Virus record (IMG/VR): IMGVR_UViG_3300020045_002575
Span: 1-47,157 of that record
Length of the DNA stretch: 47,157 nucleotides
Source: a virus
Taxonomy: Duplodnaviria; Caudoviricetes
Reading direction: 5' to 3' (one strand)
Below, piece by piece: positions 8,607 through 18,741 of this stretch (the stretch's first letter is position 1; every line of letters begins with the position of its first letter). Position numbers and translations under genes: made by a program. Under the pieces are notes generated by a model, which saw only the letters and a program-made list of their open reading frames with translations, did no database searches and was not told where the DNA came from.

Positions 8607-11600
8607 TTACAATCTTCTTTTTTTGGTGGTGAAATGATTTCTTTGAACCTTGTTTTTAGTGATCACGGTTTCTACTAATTCCATCACGCCGTCCGCCACG
8701 CTTGCAACGTCCCAGTTTTGAACCGGCTTTCCTTCGATCGCTTTTTTGACTTCCCGCATTTCGTTAACCAATCCCGGATCCGATTTCGTTTGTCTTCCAA
8801 TTGAATGGACAAATTGTTGTCTTTGACCGGTGAAAAAGTTGGAATCTACTTTCCCGGAAGACGCGATGTCCTTCATCCTGTAAAAGTTTTCTTTTCCCAA
8901 ATTTTCCATTTCGCGGGAACTGAAAATCCCTTCACGTCCTTCGACCAATATCGGAATTCCACGGTTGTTTCCTTTGTGTGATTGTCCACGGAATATCCCG
9001 TCCGACGGCAACTTGTCTTCCACGATCCCACCGTCGCCGAAAGACGCCGTGATCGCTTCCAATAAAGCAAAATCCCGCAACGCTTTTGTCAAGGCGGTCG
9101 AAGGGTCTTGGTTTGCGTAACCGGCATAAGAAGTATAAATCGTTTTGATTTTTTGCAACCTTTGTTCCTGTTTTTCGTGTTTGATCAAGTCGGCTTCCCT
9201 TTTTCCCAACGCCCTTTGTTCGTATGCCAAAGTGTTGTCCAGTCCTTGCGACGCCCTTTCTTGTTGAACATCGATCGTCTTCTTTTGGTTTTCCAACAAC
9301 ACTTTGTCTTGGTCAATCCTTTTTTGGGTGATCTCGATCAATCGATCCAAAACCAATCCCATCAATTTGTTGAAGTCGTCGAAAAAATCTTTGAATTGTT
9401 CTAAAGATGATTTATTCGCTTCTTTTTCGGCATCCAAACGGCGTTTTATTTCGTCGTTTTGCAATTGTTTTTTTATTCCTTGCGCTTCGATTTCCAATTG
9501 TTTGAACTCGTTTGAATTTTCGACGAAAGATTTTTTTTCTTCATCGATCGACTTCAATCGCGCCAACTTGCGTTGTATTTCATAATCGGATTCAATGTCG
9601 GTCTTTTCTTTTTCGAATGCTTCAATGTCTTTCAAGATCTGTTTTTGTTCCTTCAATGTGATTCGACGGTTGTCCGTCTTGTCAAACTTCCCGAACATAC
9701 GATCACGGAATTTTTCGATCCGGGTCAACTCGTTTTCGTTTACGGTGATCTTGTCGGTCAATTCCAACCCTTTTTCCTGACTTATGATCTTGTTGATCTG
9801 TGTTTGGATCGCACTTATTTTTTTGGCATAAGCGACATAAGTTTCGGATTTGTCGGAAAGGTTTTTTTGCAAGTACTGCAAGTTTTGCAACTGGAAATTC
9901 AAAGTGTCCAATGTCATCACTTTTTCGGCTTTCTTGTTGGCGTCCACTTCCGCTTGACGGAAAGTTTCTTGAATGGCTTTTCGATCCAAGAAATATTGTT
10001 TTTCCAATTCCAACAATCCGTTTTGGGTGTACTTCCGCGCAACGACTTTCCCTTCGCTATCCTTCAAAGTGGCGTTCTTTTCTTCCTGATACTTGTTTGA
10101 TAATAGTCGCAAGGCTTCGCGTCGTTCCAGTTCGGCAAGTGACAACATTTGCGCCACCATTAATTTTTGCGCTTCCAAACGTTGATCCAATGTGTATTTG
10201 TCCGATGCGAAAATTTCCGCGTTGCTTTTGATGGTGTTGTCTAAAATCATTTTTCGCAACTGGAAGTCGGAAGACTGGAAATCGACATTGTTGATTTGTT
10301 GTTGATCCCTTGACGCCTTGTCTTTTTTCTGTTTTTCTTCCTTGTACTCCAACGCGATCGTTTCTTTCTTCAACTTGAAAATGTCGTTGTCGTTTTTTAT
10401 TATTGATTTACTGAATTTTCCGGCTTCTTTTCTTAATGAACTCAACTTGCCTTCTTCTTTTCCAAGTTTTTGGATCGATTCCGCATATTGTTCCGTCAAA
10501 GCTACGGATTTTGATAATTCGACCGAACGGATCCGTGCGTCCTTCACGACTTGTTTTTGCAAGTCGATTTCGGTGTTAATGTCGATCAATTTTTGTTTGT
10601 TCTTGACGTTCAAGTCGGTTTTTTTCTCGACCTCTTTTCTTTTTTCCAACGCCACGGTCAATTCCTTTTCGGCTTCCGCGTATTGTCCCGCCAATATTTG
10701 CGCGTCGGTCAAGTTCTTGAAATAAAACGGGAATTGGTCGCGTAATGCCTTCAATGCGATGTTTCTTTCTTCGTCCGAAACCTTCCGGTCTTTCGCCACC
10801 GCCAAATATTTACGCATTTCAATAATGTCCGATTGGGCGTCTTTTCTTCCCGTCAATTTGGCTTCCAAAAAGTCTTTTTGGTTTTGCGTCAATTCCTTCA
10901 TCGCTTCCGACGCGCCGAACAAACTTTGCGCCCAAATCCCGATTTCCTTTCCATACAACGTCAACAACAAAATTCCCGCACCCATTGCGGTTTGAAGGCT
11001 CAAAACCCCGCCAACAATTTGTGAAAGGACACTTTTGACCGGCTTTCCTTCCGCGACCAATTGTTTGTTTGTTTGGATCAAACGACCAATTTCGTCCGTC
11101 AAAATAGGGATGTTGTTCGATAGTGCCAAAATCCCGGTTTGCATCGAAAACGTGAACGCCGGAAGTTCCCTTGTGATTTGGTTGATCGAATTGTTGATCC
11201 CGGAATATCCGGACGCGTAGTTCCCGACGTTTCTTTGATTCCTTCCCAAAGTGGAATCGATCTTTTTCATCGCTCCGTCCAACTCGATCGTCCTTCCTTT
11301 CAGGTTTTGAAATATCTTATCCAAACGTTGGTATTGTGGCGACGCCTTCAATCCGGCTTTTTCCAAAACAAACATTTCCGACGCCACGTTCGCGGATTCG
11401 GTGAACAATGCCCGCAAGTCCGCCGACAATTCCGCATAGGCTCCCTTTTGAACCTTCATCGAACGGGCGTTGGATTCACCGGCTTTCCTTTCGGCTTCCG
11501 TCAAGGCGATCGCGGATTTCTTGGTGTTGTTTTCTTGTTGGATCGCCTTTTCAAGTTCCTTGATTCCCTGAATTTCCTTGGTGTCGGTTTGGATTTTTGC

Positions 11601-11918
11601 TTGTTTGGCGCGCTCCAACAATATTTCGTTTTGCAACGTGGCTTTCAATTGGGCGGAATATTCCTTTTCAACCTTGATTACCTCGTTTTTTGCCGACGCC
11701 AATTGTTTGAATTGGGCGTTGGACGATTCGATTTGCGCTTCCAAGGTTTTCAAGGCGGAAAGATCCATCGTGTTGAACGCTTCGTTCACGTCCTTTTTGT
11801 ATTTGTTCGCCTTTCCGACAAGTTCCAGTCCCAAAGTGTCGAAATCCGCGATCACTTTTTTGAATCCGCCGTCGTCTTCGAAAAATTCACTATACCGAAA
11901 GATTATATTTTCACTCAT
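8607..11918 (-). CDS. Tape measure protein (1103 aa)
   Basis: Long coiled-coil, GRNQRNVGNY motif, central hydrophobic stretch, C-terminal GxSHxGxxxGIPILVEGREG motif; follows the frameshifted chaperone pair. Confidence 0.9.
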   Translation of the reverse strand: MSENIIFRYSEFFEDDGGFKKVIADFDTLGLELVGKANKYKKDVNEAFNTMDLSALKTLEAQIESSNAQFKQLASAKNEVIKVEKEYSAQLKATLQNEILLERAKQAKIQTDTKEIQGIKELEKAIQQENNTKKSAIALTEAERKAGESNARSMKVQKGAYAELSADLRALFTESANVASEMFVLEKAGLKASPQYQRLDKIFQNLKGRTIELDGAMKKIDSTLGRNQRNVGNYASGYSGINNSINQITRELPAFTFSMQTGILALSNNIPILTDEIGRLIQTNKQLVAEGKPVKSVLSQIVGGVLSLQTAMGAGILLLTLYGKEIGIWAQSLFGASEAMKELTQNQKDFLEAKLTGRKDAQSDIIEMRKYLAVAKDRKVSDEERNIALKALRDQFPFYFKNLTDAQILAGQYAEAEKELTVALEKRKEVEKKTDLNVKNKQKLIDINTEIDLQKQVVKDARIRSVELSKSVALTEQYAESIQKLGKEEGKLSSLRKEAGKFSKSIIKNDNDIFKLKKETIALEYKEEKQKKDKASRDQQQINNVDFQSSDFQLRKMILDNTIKSNAEIFASDKYTLDQRLEAQKLMVAQMLSLAELERREALRLLSNKYQEEKNATLKDSEGKVVARKYTQNGLLELEKQYFLDRKAIQETFRQAEVDANKKAEKVMTLDTLNFQLQNLQYLQKNLSDKSETYVAYAKKISAIQTQINKIISQEKGLELTDKITVNENELTRIEKFRDRMFGKFDKTDNRRITLKEQKQILKDIEAFEKEKTDIESDYEIQRKLARLKSIDEEKKSFVENSNEFKQLEIEAQGIKKQLQNDEIKRRLDAEKEANKSSLEQFKDFFDDFNKLMGLVLDRLIEITQKRIDQDKVLLENQKKTIDVQQERASQGLDNTLAYEQRALGKREADLIKHEKQEQRLQKIKTIYTSYAGYANQDPSTALTKALRDFALLEAITASFGDGGIVEDKLPSDGIFRGQSHKGNNRGIPILVEGREGIFSSREMENLGKENFYRMKDIASSGKVDSNFFTGQRQQFVHSIGRQTKSDPGLVNEMREVKKAIEGKPVQNWDVASVADGVMELVETVITKNKVQRNHFTTKKRRL

Positions 11919-12270
11919 AATTTTGCTTTTTTGGATTCTTTTCCTTTAAATATTCAACCGATGCGTAAAAAGTGAAAGTGGACATTTTTCGTAAATCCGA
12001 ACCGGTCAATTCCGTGACGTTCAACGCGAATTTTTGGAAATCAACTTCCAAGATCCTTTCCATATTGTTTTCCGACCACACGTCCCATTTGTTTGGTTTG
12101 TCGTTTTCCAAGATCTCTTTTTCAACTTCGTACAACGGGACGTCGACTTCTTTTTCCGTGATTATTTCGTCACACAATAGATTCAACCTTCGAACCCGCA
12201 ACGCCAAAATTTCGACGTTTGCATTCTTTGGAAAAAAGTTTTTATAATAGACATCCAATTCCAATTCGAT
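11911..12270 (-). CDS. Tail assembly chaperone, -1 frameshift extension (gpT-like)
   Basis: No good start of its own; entered by a -1 slip at the A10 run (12270-12279), giving ...VKKK-IELELDVYY. Confidence 0.75.
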   Translation of the reverse strand: MELELDVYYKNFFPKNANVEILALRVRRLNLLCDEIITEKEVDVPLYEVEKEILENDKPNKWDVWSENNMERILEVDFQKFALNVTELTGSDLRKMSTFTFYASVEYLKEKNPKKQNYE

Positions 12271-12674
12271 TTTTTTTTTACTTCACGAAGTTGATTAAAC
12301 ATCGTTTCATAATCGAACCCAATGTCGTTCAATTTTTGCATCACCAAGTCAAGGTCGTTTGGCGCGTATTCGACGAACTTTTGTTTGTCGATCCTTTTGA
12401 CCAAGACGGCAAACGATCTTGAATTCGGGTTTGATTCGTTGAACGCGTTGAACACGGCTTGTCTTCGATTTTTCAATTCTTGCATCGCTTCCGGAACCAT
12501 ATTTTTTTGAAGGAATGCCAACGCCTTTTGTGTCCGCAATTCATAATCGTTAAAGTCGCAACCGATGTCGCACGCGATCATTTGGTATTTGTTGAACTTT
12601 TGAAAACGAAGGATCGGAAGGTTTTGGATCGAATCGTAAATCTCGATTTCGTGACCCTTAAATTTATATATCAT
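12183..12674 (-). CDS. Tail assembly chaperone (gpG-like)
   Basis: Lies upstream of the tape measure gene and contains the slippery run GTA AAA AAA AAA. Confidence 0.75.
   Translation of the reverse strand: MIYKFKGHEIEIYDSIQNLPILRFQKFNKYQMIACDIGCDFNDYELRTQKALAFLQKNMVPEAMQELKNRRQAVFNAFNESNPNSRSFAVLVKRIDKQKFVEYAPNDLDLVMQKLNDIGFDYETMFNQLREVKKKSNWNWMSIIKTFFQRMQTSKFWRCGFEG
12270..12281 (-). other. Programmed -1 ribosomal frameshift site (GT + A10)
   Basis: Frame arithmetic: the downstream ORF is in the -1 frame, at the canonical lambda G/GT position. Confidence 0.75.
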
Positions 12675-12942
12675 TTCGTCTTTCGATTAACCGGGTTAAA
12701 CCTGAAACTACAAAAGGAACAAGGATCAATGTCCATTCGAATCCGAAAATAAACCCATAAAGGATCGTCAAGATCCATCCGATGTGAAACATCAAACAGA
12801 AACGGCAAAAACTCAATTCAAAAACCCATAAAATATCGGAATGCGAACCCCAAATTTTTATTTTTTCCCATCCGTGCCACTTTACCAAAAGCGCGTCGAT
12901 AAAGTAAACCAAACACGCGACAACTAAAATTGATTGTATCAT
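12664..12942 (-). CDS. Small membrane protein with CxxC (92 aa)
   Basis: 2-3 hydrophobic helices and FCRFC. Confidence 0.7.
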   Translation of the reverse strand: MIQSILVVACLVYFIDALLVKWHGWEKIKIWGSHSDILWVFELSFCRFCLMFHIGWILTILYGFIFGFEWTLILVPFVVSGLTRLIERRNDI

Positions 12943-13001
12943 AATATTATATTTTTTGTTTGTGTAAAATTAATAACTTTTTTGAATCAAACTTGTTTTG
13001 T

Positions 13002-14243
13002 TTATGGAATCGGAATCGTCACGATTATCGGATTACTAAATTCCGAATATTCATCCAAGATGTTGGAAACCCTTATTTTGAATTCATAAGTCCCACCATA
13101 AATCATATTTTGCATTAAATCGCCATTTAATCCAAGGATATTTCCCAAATAATTGTCCTTGAATGTTTTATATAAAACACCGTCTTTCCAATATTCCACG
13201 GTCTTAATTGTTCCCATATATGGCAAATATTCCGCCGACAACATAAAAGACGCCCCGAATCCGGGCGGATTGTAACCGTCGGCGACAAGGTTGATCGGTG
13301 GTGATAATATTGAAACATCATTGTCAACCGGTCGTAAAAAAGTACTTAAATTCGAAGTTCCACAACCATTTTGAACCATCGTGTTCAACATTATCACTTC
13401 ATCATTTCCGTTGTAGTTTATCGTTAACAATCCGGTTTGTGCATTCAATGAAAACCCGGAAAGATTCGTGATAAAAGGAACATAATAATCATAAAAAGTC
13501 GGATTGTTCGTGGCTTCGATTTGCAATTGAAGTTCAACGCCTTTTGTGAAAAACATCGCATTGGTAAACTGGTTTAATACAAAAGGCGTGATCACCGGTA
13601 ATTGACAACCGCCGGAACCGCTTTCCGATCCGCTTCCCGCATAAGCAAAACCGCCGTGGCAATCTTCTTGAATCCTGACATCCATTTCAAAACGGAAACA
13701 TTGCATTGGCGCGCGATTGTATGATTCAATGTCATCCAACACAAATTCCCGAAAACATTCTTTCAAATCCCGCGTTTCACCTTTCAATATATAGTCGAAT
13801 TCGTGATTCAACATCGTGTTGGTCAATAATCGACGAACATCCCGGATCAATTCTTGCGTGAATAAACCTTGGTTCAACTTTGGTTTGTCGATCAACTCCA
13901 AGTTCACCGAAAAAATGATCGAAACCGGATAAGTCAAGAAATTTTGTTGACTGGATTGAAAATCGTTTTTATTGGTTCCAACCATAAAGAAACACATTCC
14001 TTTGAAGTCGTTGTCCGGGGTTAATCGTTTATAGTTTCGAAGTCCGGACGCTTCCGGCGCGTAGGTTTCCGGATAATAAAACGCCTTTTCTTTTTCCCTT
14101 CGAAAGAAACGTTGGGCGATGAAATACGGACGATCCAACCAAGGAAGTCCGGACAATACCTTGCGGATCTCATTGACCGCGAATTCAATTTCTATTGGCG
14201 ACCCGATGATCACGGGTTTGTCTTGTAGTTTTGTTATTGACAT
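13002..14243 (-). CDS. Tail completion/terminator-like protein with C-terminal Ig-like and FN3-like extension (413 aa)
   Basis: Position in the neck module; GS linker at about aa 200; LSGFSLNAQTGLLT (Ig-like) and PPINL..GGTYEFKIRVSN..SEFSNPI (FN3-like). Confidence 0.6.
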   Translation of the reverse strand: MSITKLQDKPVIIGSPIEIEFAVNEIRKVLSGLPWLDRPYFIAQRFFRREKEKAFYYPETYAPEASGLRNYKRLTPDNDFKGMCFFMVGTNKNDFQSSQQNFLTYPVSIIFSVNLELIDKPKLNQGLFTQELIRDVRRLLTNTMLNHEFDYILKGETRDLKECFREFVLDDIESYNRAPMQCFRFEMDVRIQEDCHGGFAYAGSGSESGSGGCQLPVITPFVLNQFTNAMFFTKGVELQLQIEATNNPTFYDYYVPFITNLSGFSLNAQTGLLTINYNGNDEVIMLNTMVQNGCGTSNLSTFLRPVDNDVSILSPPINLVADGYNPPGFGASFMLSAEYLPYMGTIKTVEYWKDGVLYKTFKDNYLGNILGLNGDLMQNMIYGGTYEFKIRVSNILDEYSEFSNPIIVTIPIP

Positions 14244-14268
14244 TTTTATTTTTTTTATTGCGTTATAT

Positions 14269-14373
14269 CTATTTTAAGCCATCAAAACCCAATCGACGAC
14301 AAAAAGGACGTTTCCGGGCAAAACGACAAAAACACGGTGTCCGTTTGGATCCGTGCGCGTCTTTTGCCGTCAT
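14269..14373 (-). CDS. Possible 34-aa basic Cys/Arg-rich peptide (MTAKDAHGSKRTPCFCRFARKRPFCRRLGFDGLK)
   Basis: ATGA overlap with the upstream stop; fills the only gap in the neck module. Confidence 0.35.
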   Translation of the reverse strand: MTAKDAHGSKRTPCFCRFARKRPFCRRLGFDGLK

Positions 14374-14807
14374 TTCATTTTATCGGAAACATAATCTTTC
14401 AGGTTTGGCAAGAAATACGCGTCCATAAATTCACGCATATTTTCGTTTGTTATCTTCAAAACCCCTTTTCCGTAACGTTTTATGATCTTGTCGTCATAAG
14501 GAACGTCCGAACTCACCACGAAATATTGTGGCGTCGCCGTCACTTCAATATGTCGGTAAAAATCACCGTCGTCCCTCAAAGTAGTCCGGTCGGTCGGGTC
14601 GCCCTTCGCGATCTTGTACCGGATCGTCGTTCTTTTGTAACCGGGCAACTTCACCCCGTCGCCGTCGATCCCTTGCCTGAACAATTGTTTGTTGATCACA
14701 TAATCTTTCAAGACAAAGTCGAAAGACTGGATCGTGTGTTCCAATTCTTTCATCAAGTTGGCTTCCAGTTCGCCTACGAACCGTTTTTGTGAGTCAAACA
14801 TTCCCAT
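14370..14807 (-). CDS. Neck / virion morphogenesis protein (145 aa)
   Basis: Position; Y..T...K..KG....R.TLRDDGDFY motif of phage neck proteins. Confidence 0.65.
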   Translation of the reverse strand: MGMFDSQKRFVGELEANLMKELEHTIQSFDFVLKDYVINKQLFRQGIDGDGVKLPGYKRTTIRYKIAKGDPTDRTTLRDDGDFYRHIEVTATPQYFVVSSDVPYDDKIIKRYGKGVLKITNENMREFMDAYFLPNLKDYVSDKMK

Positions 14808-15943
14808 TACATCACGCCAAATGTCGGTGAATAACCTTCGTCAACGCATCCAAGACACTTTGAATTGATCCCGGAAATATTGAACGACACGGTCTTCAAT
14901 TCCTTTTGGTATTGCGTCGGGATGTTGGTCAATTTCGTGTCGATGTCGCCTTCCAAATCCCGGATGATCATCATTTTGATGTTTTCTTCCACGGCGTTTA
15001 TTTGTTGACTAAACTTCATATCGTTCAAGATCTTGTGGACTACCTTCAAGGACAACAAGTTTTTGAACACGAATTTGTTTTGGACAAAGAAGTCGGAAAG
15101 ATCGCAACGGACGGTCAATTTCAAATTCAACCCGAACGACTGGTCTTCGCTAAACATCATTTTTTGCATATCGAACATTGTTCCTTTCACGAAGGATCCG
15201 GCGGGAACATAGATCGGATAAATATGGAAATTCCTTTGGATGGATCGCCAAACGGACAAATGTGGATCGTTGCAACCACCGCAAACACCCTTGTTCCAGT
15301 TGAAAGAAGTGTAATTGATCGCGTTTGACACGACGTCTTCTTGGTAATATCCAAGGATGAAAACCCCGCCGTTGTATTCTTGCGATGAAAACGCCGACAA
15401 TTCCAAATCCTTTTTGATCCAATCGAAATTTCCGTTCCCGGTCGTGGTGACTTCGAAATGATCCAAAGGTTCCGCCTTGGACGAATGGAACAAGTAAAGT
15501 TCGAAAGTTTCCGCCCCGGTGAATTGTAAACCTATTTCGTTGATCAATGTTTGTAATCCGGTCAATGATCTTGTCCGGATCTGAAATCCGACAAAACGGT
15601 TTTGGTTGGTGATCGTGTCGTTCACCCATCCATAACGGTTCAATAAAACGGATTGTTCCAACAAGGTTTTTCCGTATTCGGTCAATTGTCTATACTGCAA
15701 AAGATCGTTAAAAATTTCATTCGACGCGTCCGTCACGGTGTTTTCTAAATATGTCGCCAATGTAAGGTTCGGCGGGATCAATGATTGAATGATGTCCAGT
15801 TGCAACACCGGATGTTTTTGTTGGTAATATTCGCCCGAATCGGTTTGCGTCAATGTTGACGGAAGGACGATCGATGAATCTTGATATTGTCGCCATCCCA
15901 ACAAGTTTTTGTATGCGGGAACCACTTTTGATGATTTAAACAT
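14807..15943 (-). CDS. Head-tail adaptor / structural protein (378 aa)
   Basis: Directly downstream of the major capsid gene and its terminator. Confidence 0.55.
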   Translation of the reverse strand: MFKSSKVVPAYKNLLGWRQYQDSSIVLPSTLTQTDSGEYYQQKHPVLQLDIIQSLIPPNLTLATYLENTVTDASNEIFNDLLQYRQLTEYGKTLLEQSVLLNRYGWVNDTITNQNRFVGFQIRTRSLTGLQTLINEIGLQFTGAETFELYLFHSSKAEPLDHFEVTTTGNGNFDWIKKDLELSAFSSQEYNGGVFILGYYQEDVVSNAINYTSFNWNKGVCGGCNDPHLSVWRSIQRNFHIYPIYVPAGSFVKGTMFDMQKMMFSEDQSFGLNLKLTVRCDLSDFFVQNKFVFKNLLSLKVVHKILNDMKFSQQINAVEENIKMMIIRDLEGDIDTKLTNIPTQYQKELKTVSFNISGINSKCLGCVDEGYSPTFGVM

Positions 15944-15964
15944 TTTATATTGGTTTTAGATTAA

Positions 15965-16008
15965 TAAAAAAAACGCCATTCGATCCAAAACGGAATCAAA
16001 TGGCGTTT
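15965..16008 (-). terminator. Intrinsic terminator after the major capsid gene
   Basis: AAACGCCATT...AATGGCGTTT stem followed by a T-run on the minus strand. Confidence 0.8.
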
Positions 16009-16035
16009 GATCAATTGTCATTGGCTTGTCCCTTG

Positions 16036-17085
16036 TTACGGAACAAACTCGAATTTTCGGATCGAACTTGGTTTTGTTGCCAAATCTGAATTGTAAGGAA
16101 CAACGATCGCATAATCAAACGAAATTTGATAGTGTTCAACCAATGTCGCTTTCAAATGTGTCAAGCCGGCAGTTTCCAACGCGGATTGATCGTCACATTT
16201 GGACTTGAATTGGATTCCAACCGGAAATGATAATCCCGGCAAGGTTTCTTCCATCCATTCCGTTCCGTCGCCCGCCTTGTGTCCCATTCTTGCGTCAACA
16301 TCGACACGGGTTAACAATCCAACGGATCCATCCGGCATAAAATAACCAGTTGCCAACACTCCAACACCGTTTGAAATTCTGTTTGAGAAAGTGAAATTCT
16401 TTCCGGCAAACTGGAAATTCGTGTTGGTGCTATTGCCACCGCCTTGGTTGATGAATTTGTTCACGGTCGGCATAACAACGTGATTTGCGATCACACGGAT
16501 CGTTGGTTCGTTGAAATCGTCCGCAAAGTTGATTGGTTCCAAGTCGTTGAAAAAGAAATCCAACAAAGCCGGTGTCACGCGAACGGCGGATCCTGTCAAT
16601 GTGTATTTAGTACCAACGATTGTTGATCCGTAAACTTGCGATTTGTTGGCGTCGAACGCGGTGTCCAAATCGTTTTCCATTTCAATTTTGAAGGCTTCCA
16701 CGGTTTCGCGGATTTTCTTCCCTAAATCAAACGTGTAACCGATTTGATTTTTTTCGTATTGTGACGGAACCATCAAGATGTCCGCAACAACTGTTTTCCA
16801 CACTACGCGAACCAAGTCGGATTCTGATTGACCACCGCCAATTGTACAAGAACGAACGTTCGTGATCGTGATGTTTCCTTTTTTCATCACCGCAACGTCA
16901 AGGTTTCTTCCTTGCGATGTTTCGGCTTTCAATCTCAAATCAGGTGAAACAACCGAATTTGGCGACGTTGTCATTTCTTGAACTGCTGTCAACAAACCAG
17001 TTTGGGTGATTCTTAATTCGTCACGGTCAAGATTCGAAGGGTAATTGGCGCGAATGTCCTGTAAATAAGTTTTAATTAAACTCAT
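16036..17085 (-). CDS. Major capsid protein (349 aa)
   Basis: Size, position after the scaffold gene, followed by a terminator. Confidence 0.75.
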   Translation of the reverse strand: MSLIKTYLQDIRANYPSNLDRDELRITQTGLLTAVQEMTTSPNSVVSPDLRLKAETSQGRNLDVAVMKKGNITITNVRSCTIGGGQSESDLVRVVWKTVVADILMVPSQYEKNQIGYTFDLGKKIRETVEAFKIEMENDLDTAFDANKSQVYGSTIVGTKYTLTGSAVRVTPALLDFFFNDLEPINFADDFNEPTIRVIANHVVMPTVNKFINQGGGNSTNTNFQFAGKNFTFSNRISNGVGVLATGYFMPDGSVGLLTRVDVDARMGHKAGDGTEWMEETLPGLSFPVGIQFKSKCDDQSALETAGLTHLKATLVEHYQISFDYAIVVPYNSDLATKPSSIRKFEFVP

Positions 17086-17119
17086 AATTTTAAATTTTTT
17101 TGATTAAACAATTAACTAA

Positions 17120-18088
17120 TTATTGCGCCGGTAATGCTCCAATGTTCAATTCCTTGTATGCCTTGTTTTTTAATTCGTCCCAAAGTGGATCCCTTTTTGA
17201 AATTCCGGACGCCAACAACGCTTTTTCGCTGACTTCGATGAATTCCATTTTGGTTTTGATACCTTCCGGAAGGATTAATGTTTTCGTGTCTTTCCCTTCG
17301 ACCGTTGTTGTTTGAATTGAACCAATGATTGTTTTGTCCGCACCACCACCGCTTTTTTCTTTTCCGTCTTTCAACGAAATGTCTTTGATCGCGTCCATCG
17401 TGGACAATACTTGGAACGCGTCTTTTGGTTTATAACTTGAATCGATTGACACTTTTCCGTCCGCGTCAAGGAAAACCAATTTCCCGTCTTCGAACTTTGA
17501 ATTCTTGATCATTTCCGTTTCCGCGCTTGCCAAAACCATTTTTCGAATTGATTCCGGGGTGTCCGGGTTCAACTTGATGTTTTGTATTGCCGACTGAATC
17601 GTCGTTCTTTTTTGGAACGTTTCGTTTTCCGTCTTGGAATTTGTGATTTGGTCAAGATAGGTCTTTTTTTCCGTTTCCCACGTTTGTTTCGCCTTTTCGA
17701 ATGTTTCTTGGATGAACTTTCCGCCACCTTCTTTTTTCAACAATTCGATTTGGTCTTCCAATTCCTTCACTTTTGCATCCTTGGACAATGAATCTTTTTG
17801 ACCTCTTAAATCCTTCAATTCACCATACAATTTTTTTGCAAACTCATACGTCTTTTCCTTGCTTCCGTCGTCCTTGGTTCCGGCACGAACTCCAAGACTT
17901 TCGAAAATGTCATTGTCATACATATCGTGAATTTTTTTCACTTCATCGCCAATCTTGGATTCATAAATCACCTTTGATTTGTTTTCGATGAATGTTTTTC
18001 CAATTTCGGTTTCAACGATCGTTGGCAAGACGCCTTCGATCAACGTTGGATTCGCCTTGAATGCTTCAATAATTTCCTGTACTTCCAT
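17120..18088 (-). CDS. Capsid scaffolding protein (322 aa)
   Basis: Charged coiled-coil with an SGGG linker, directly upstream of the major capsid gene. Confidence 0.65.
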   Translation of the reverse strand: MEVQEIIEAFKANPTLIEGVLPTIVETEIGKTFIENKSKVIYESKIGDEVKKIHDMYDNDIFESLGVRAGTKDDGSKEKTYEFAKKLYGELKDLRGQKDSLSKDAKVKELEDQIELLKKEGGGKFIQETFEKAKQTWETEKKTYLDQITNSKTENETFQKRTTIQSAIQNIKLNPDTPESIRKMVLASAETEMIKNSKFEDGKLVFLDADGKVSIDSSYKPKDAFQVLSTMDAIKDISLKDGKEKSGGGADKTIIGSIQTTTVEGKDTKTLILPEGIKTKMEFIEVSEKALLASGISKRDPLWDELKNKAYKELNIGALPAQ

Positions 18089-18126
18089 TTTTTCCCGTTT
18101 TATGGATTAATAATGATTTTGTTTGT

Positions 18127-18741
18127 TTAGTTTTTTTGTTCCGCCAACCAAGTTTCGATCGCCGTTTTGATGTCTTCCGATTTTTTCAATCCGGAAAGAT
18201 CAATTTTGTTCGATTCCGCGAATGCCTTCATTTCGGCGATTGTTTCGCCAAATTTCACGGCTTCGTCGGTTGCCGGTGGCGTTCCTTGACCTTGTGTTCC
18301 TTTTTCGGCTTCCATTTTTGCCAATCTTGCGTTGAACAATTCGTCGGCTTTGGCGTTGGCTTTGGCTTCGATTTCGGCTTCGATTTCTTCCGGGGTCTTG
18401 GTTATTGCCGGTGGCGTGTCGGTTGTTCCTGATTGTGGCGCGGTTTGCGTTTCTTCAACCGGGTTTTGGTTTGGATCGTGAACGACGATCAATTTGTTGA
18501 AACCAAGTATTTGGAAATTCTTTTCCAGTTTTTGGAATCCCGATTCGTGGAACATTTGAACATTCACCGAAACATCGTTTTTCGCTTGTCCGGGACGATC
18601 CGTGATTCTCACCATTGCAACGTGGTAATGGTTGCGGTCTTCGAAATTGATTTCTTCTTTTATGATCCCGGCTTTTTCAGAATCAAGGGCGTTAATTTCC
18701 TTCAACGCCTGTTGGTAATTGCTTACTTTTAATGTTTTCAT
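18127..18741 (-). CDS. Head-module protein with low-complexity linker and C-terminal HeH/LEM-like domain (204 aa)
   Basis: TIAEMKAFAESNKIDLSGLKKSEDIKTAI resembles helix-extension-helix motifs. Confidence 0.55.
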   Translation of the reverse strand: MKTLKVSNYQQALKEINALDSEKAGIIKEEINFEDRNHYHVAMVRITDRPGQAKNDVSVNVQMFHESGFQKLEKNFQILGFNKLIVVHDPNQNPVEETQTAPQSGTTDTPPAITKTPEEIEAEIEAKANAKADELFNARLAKMEAEKGTQGQGTPPATDEAVKFGETIAEMKAFAESNKIDLSGLKKSEDIKTAIETWLAEQKN

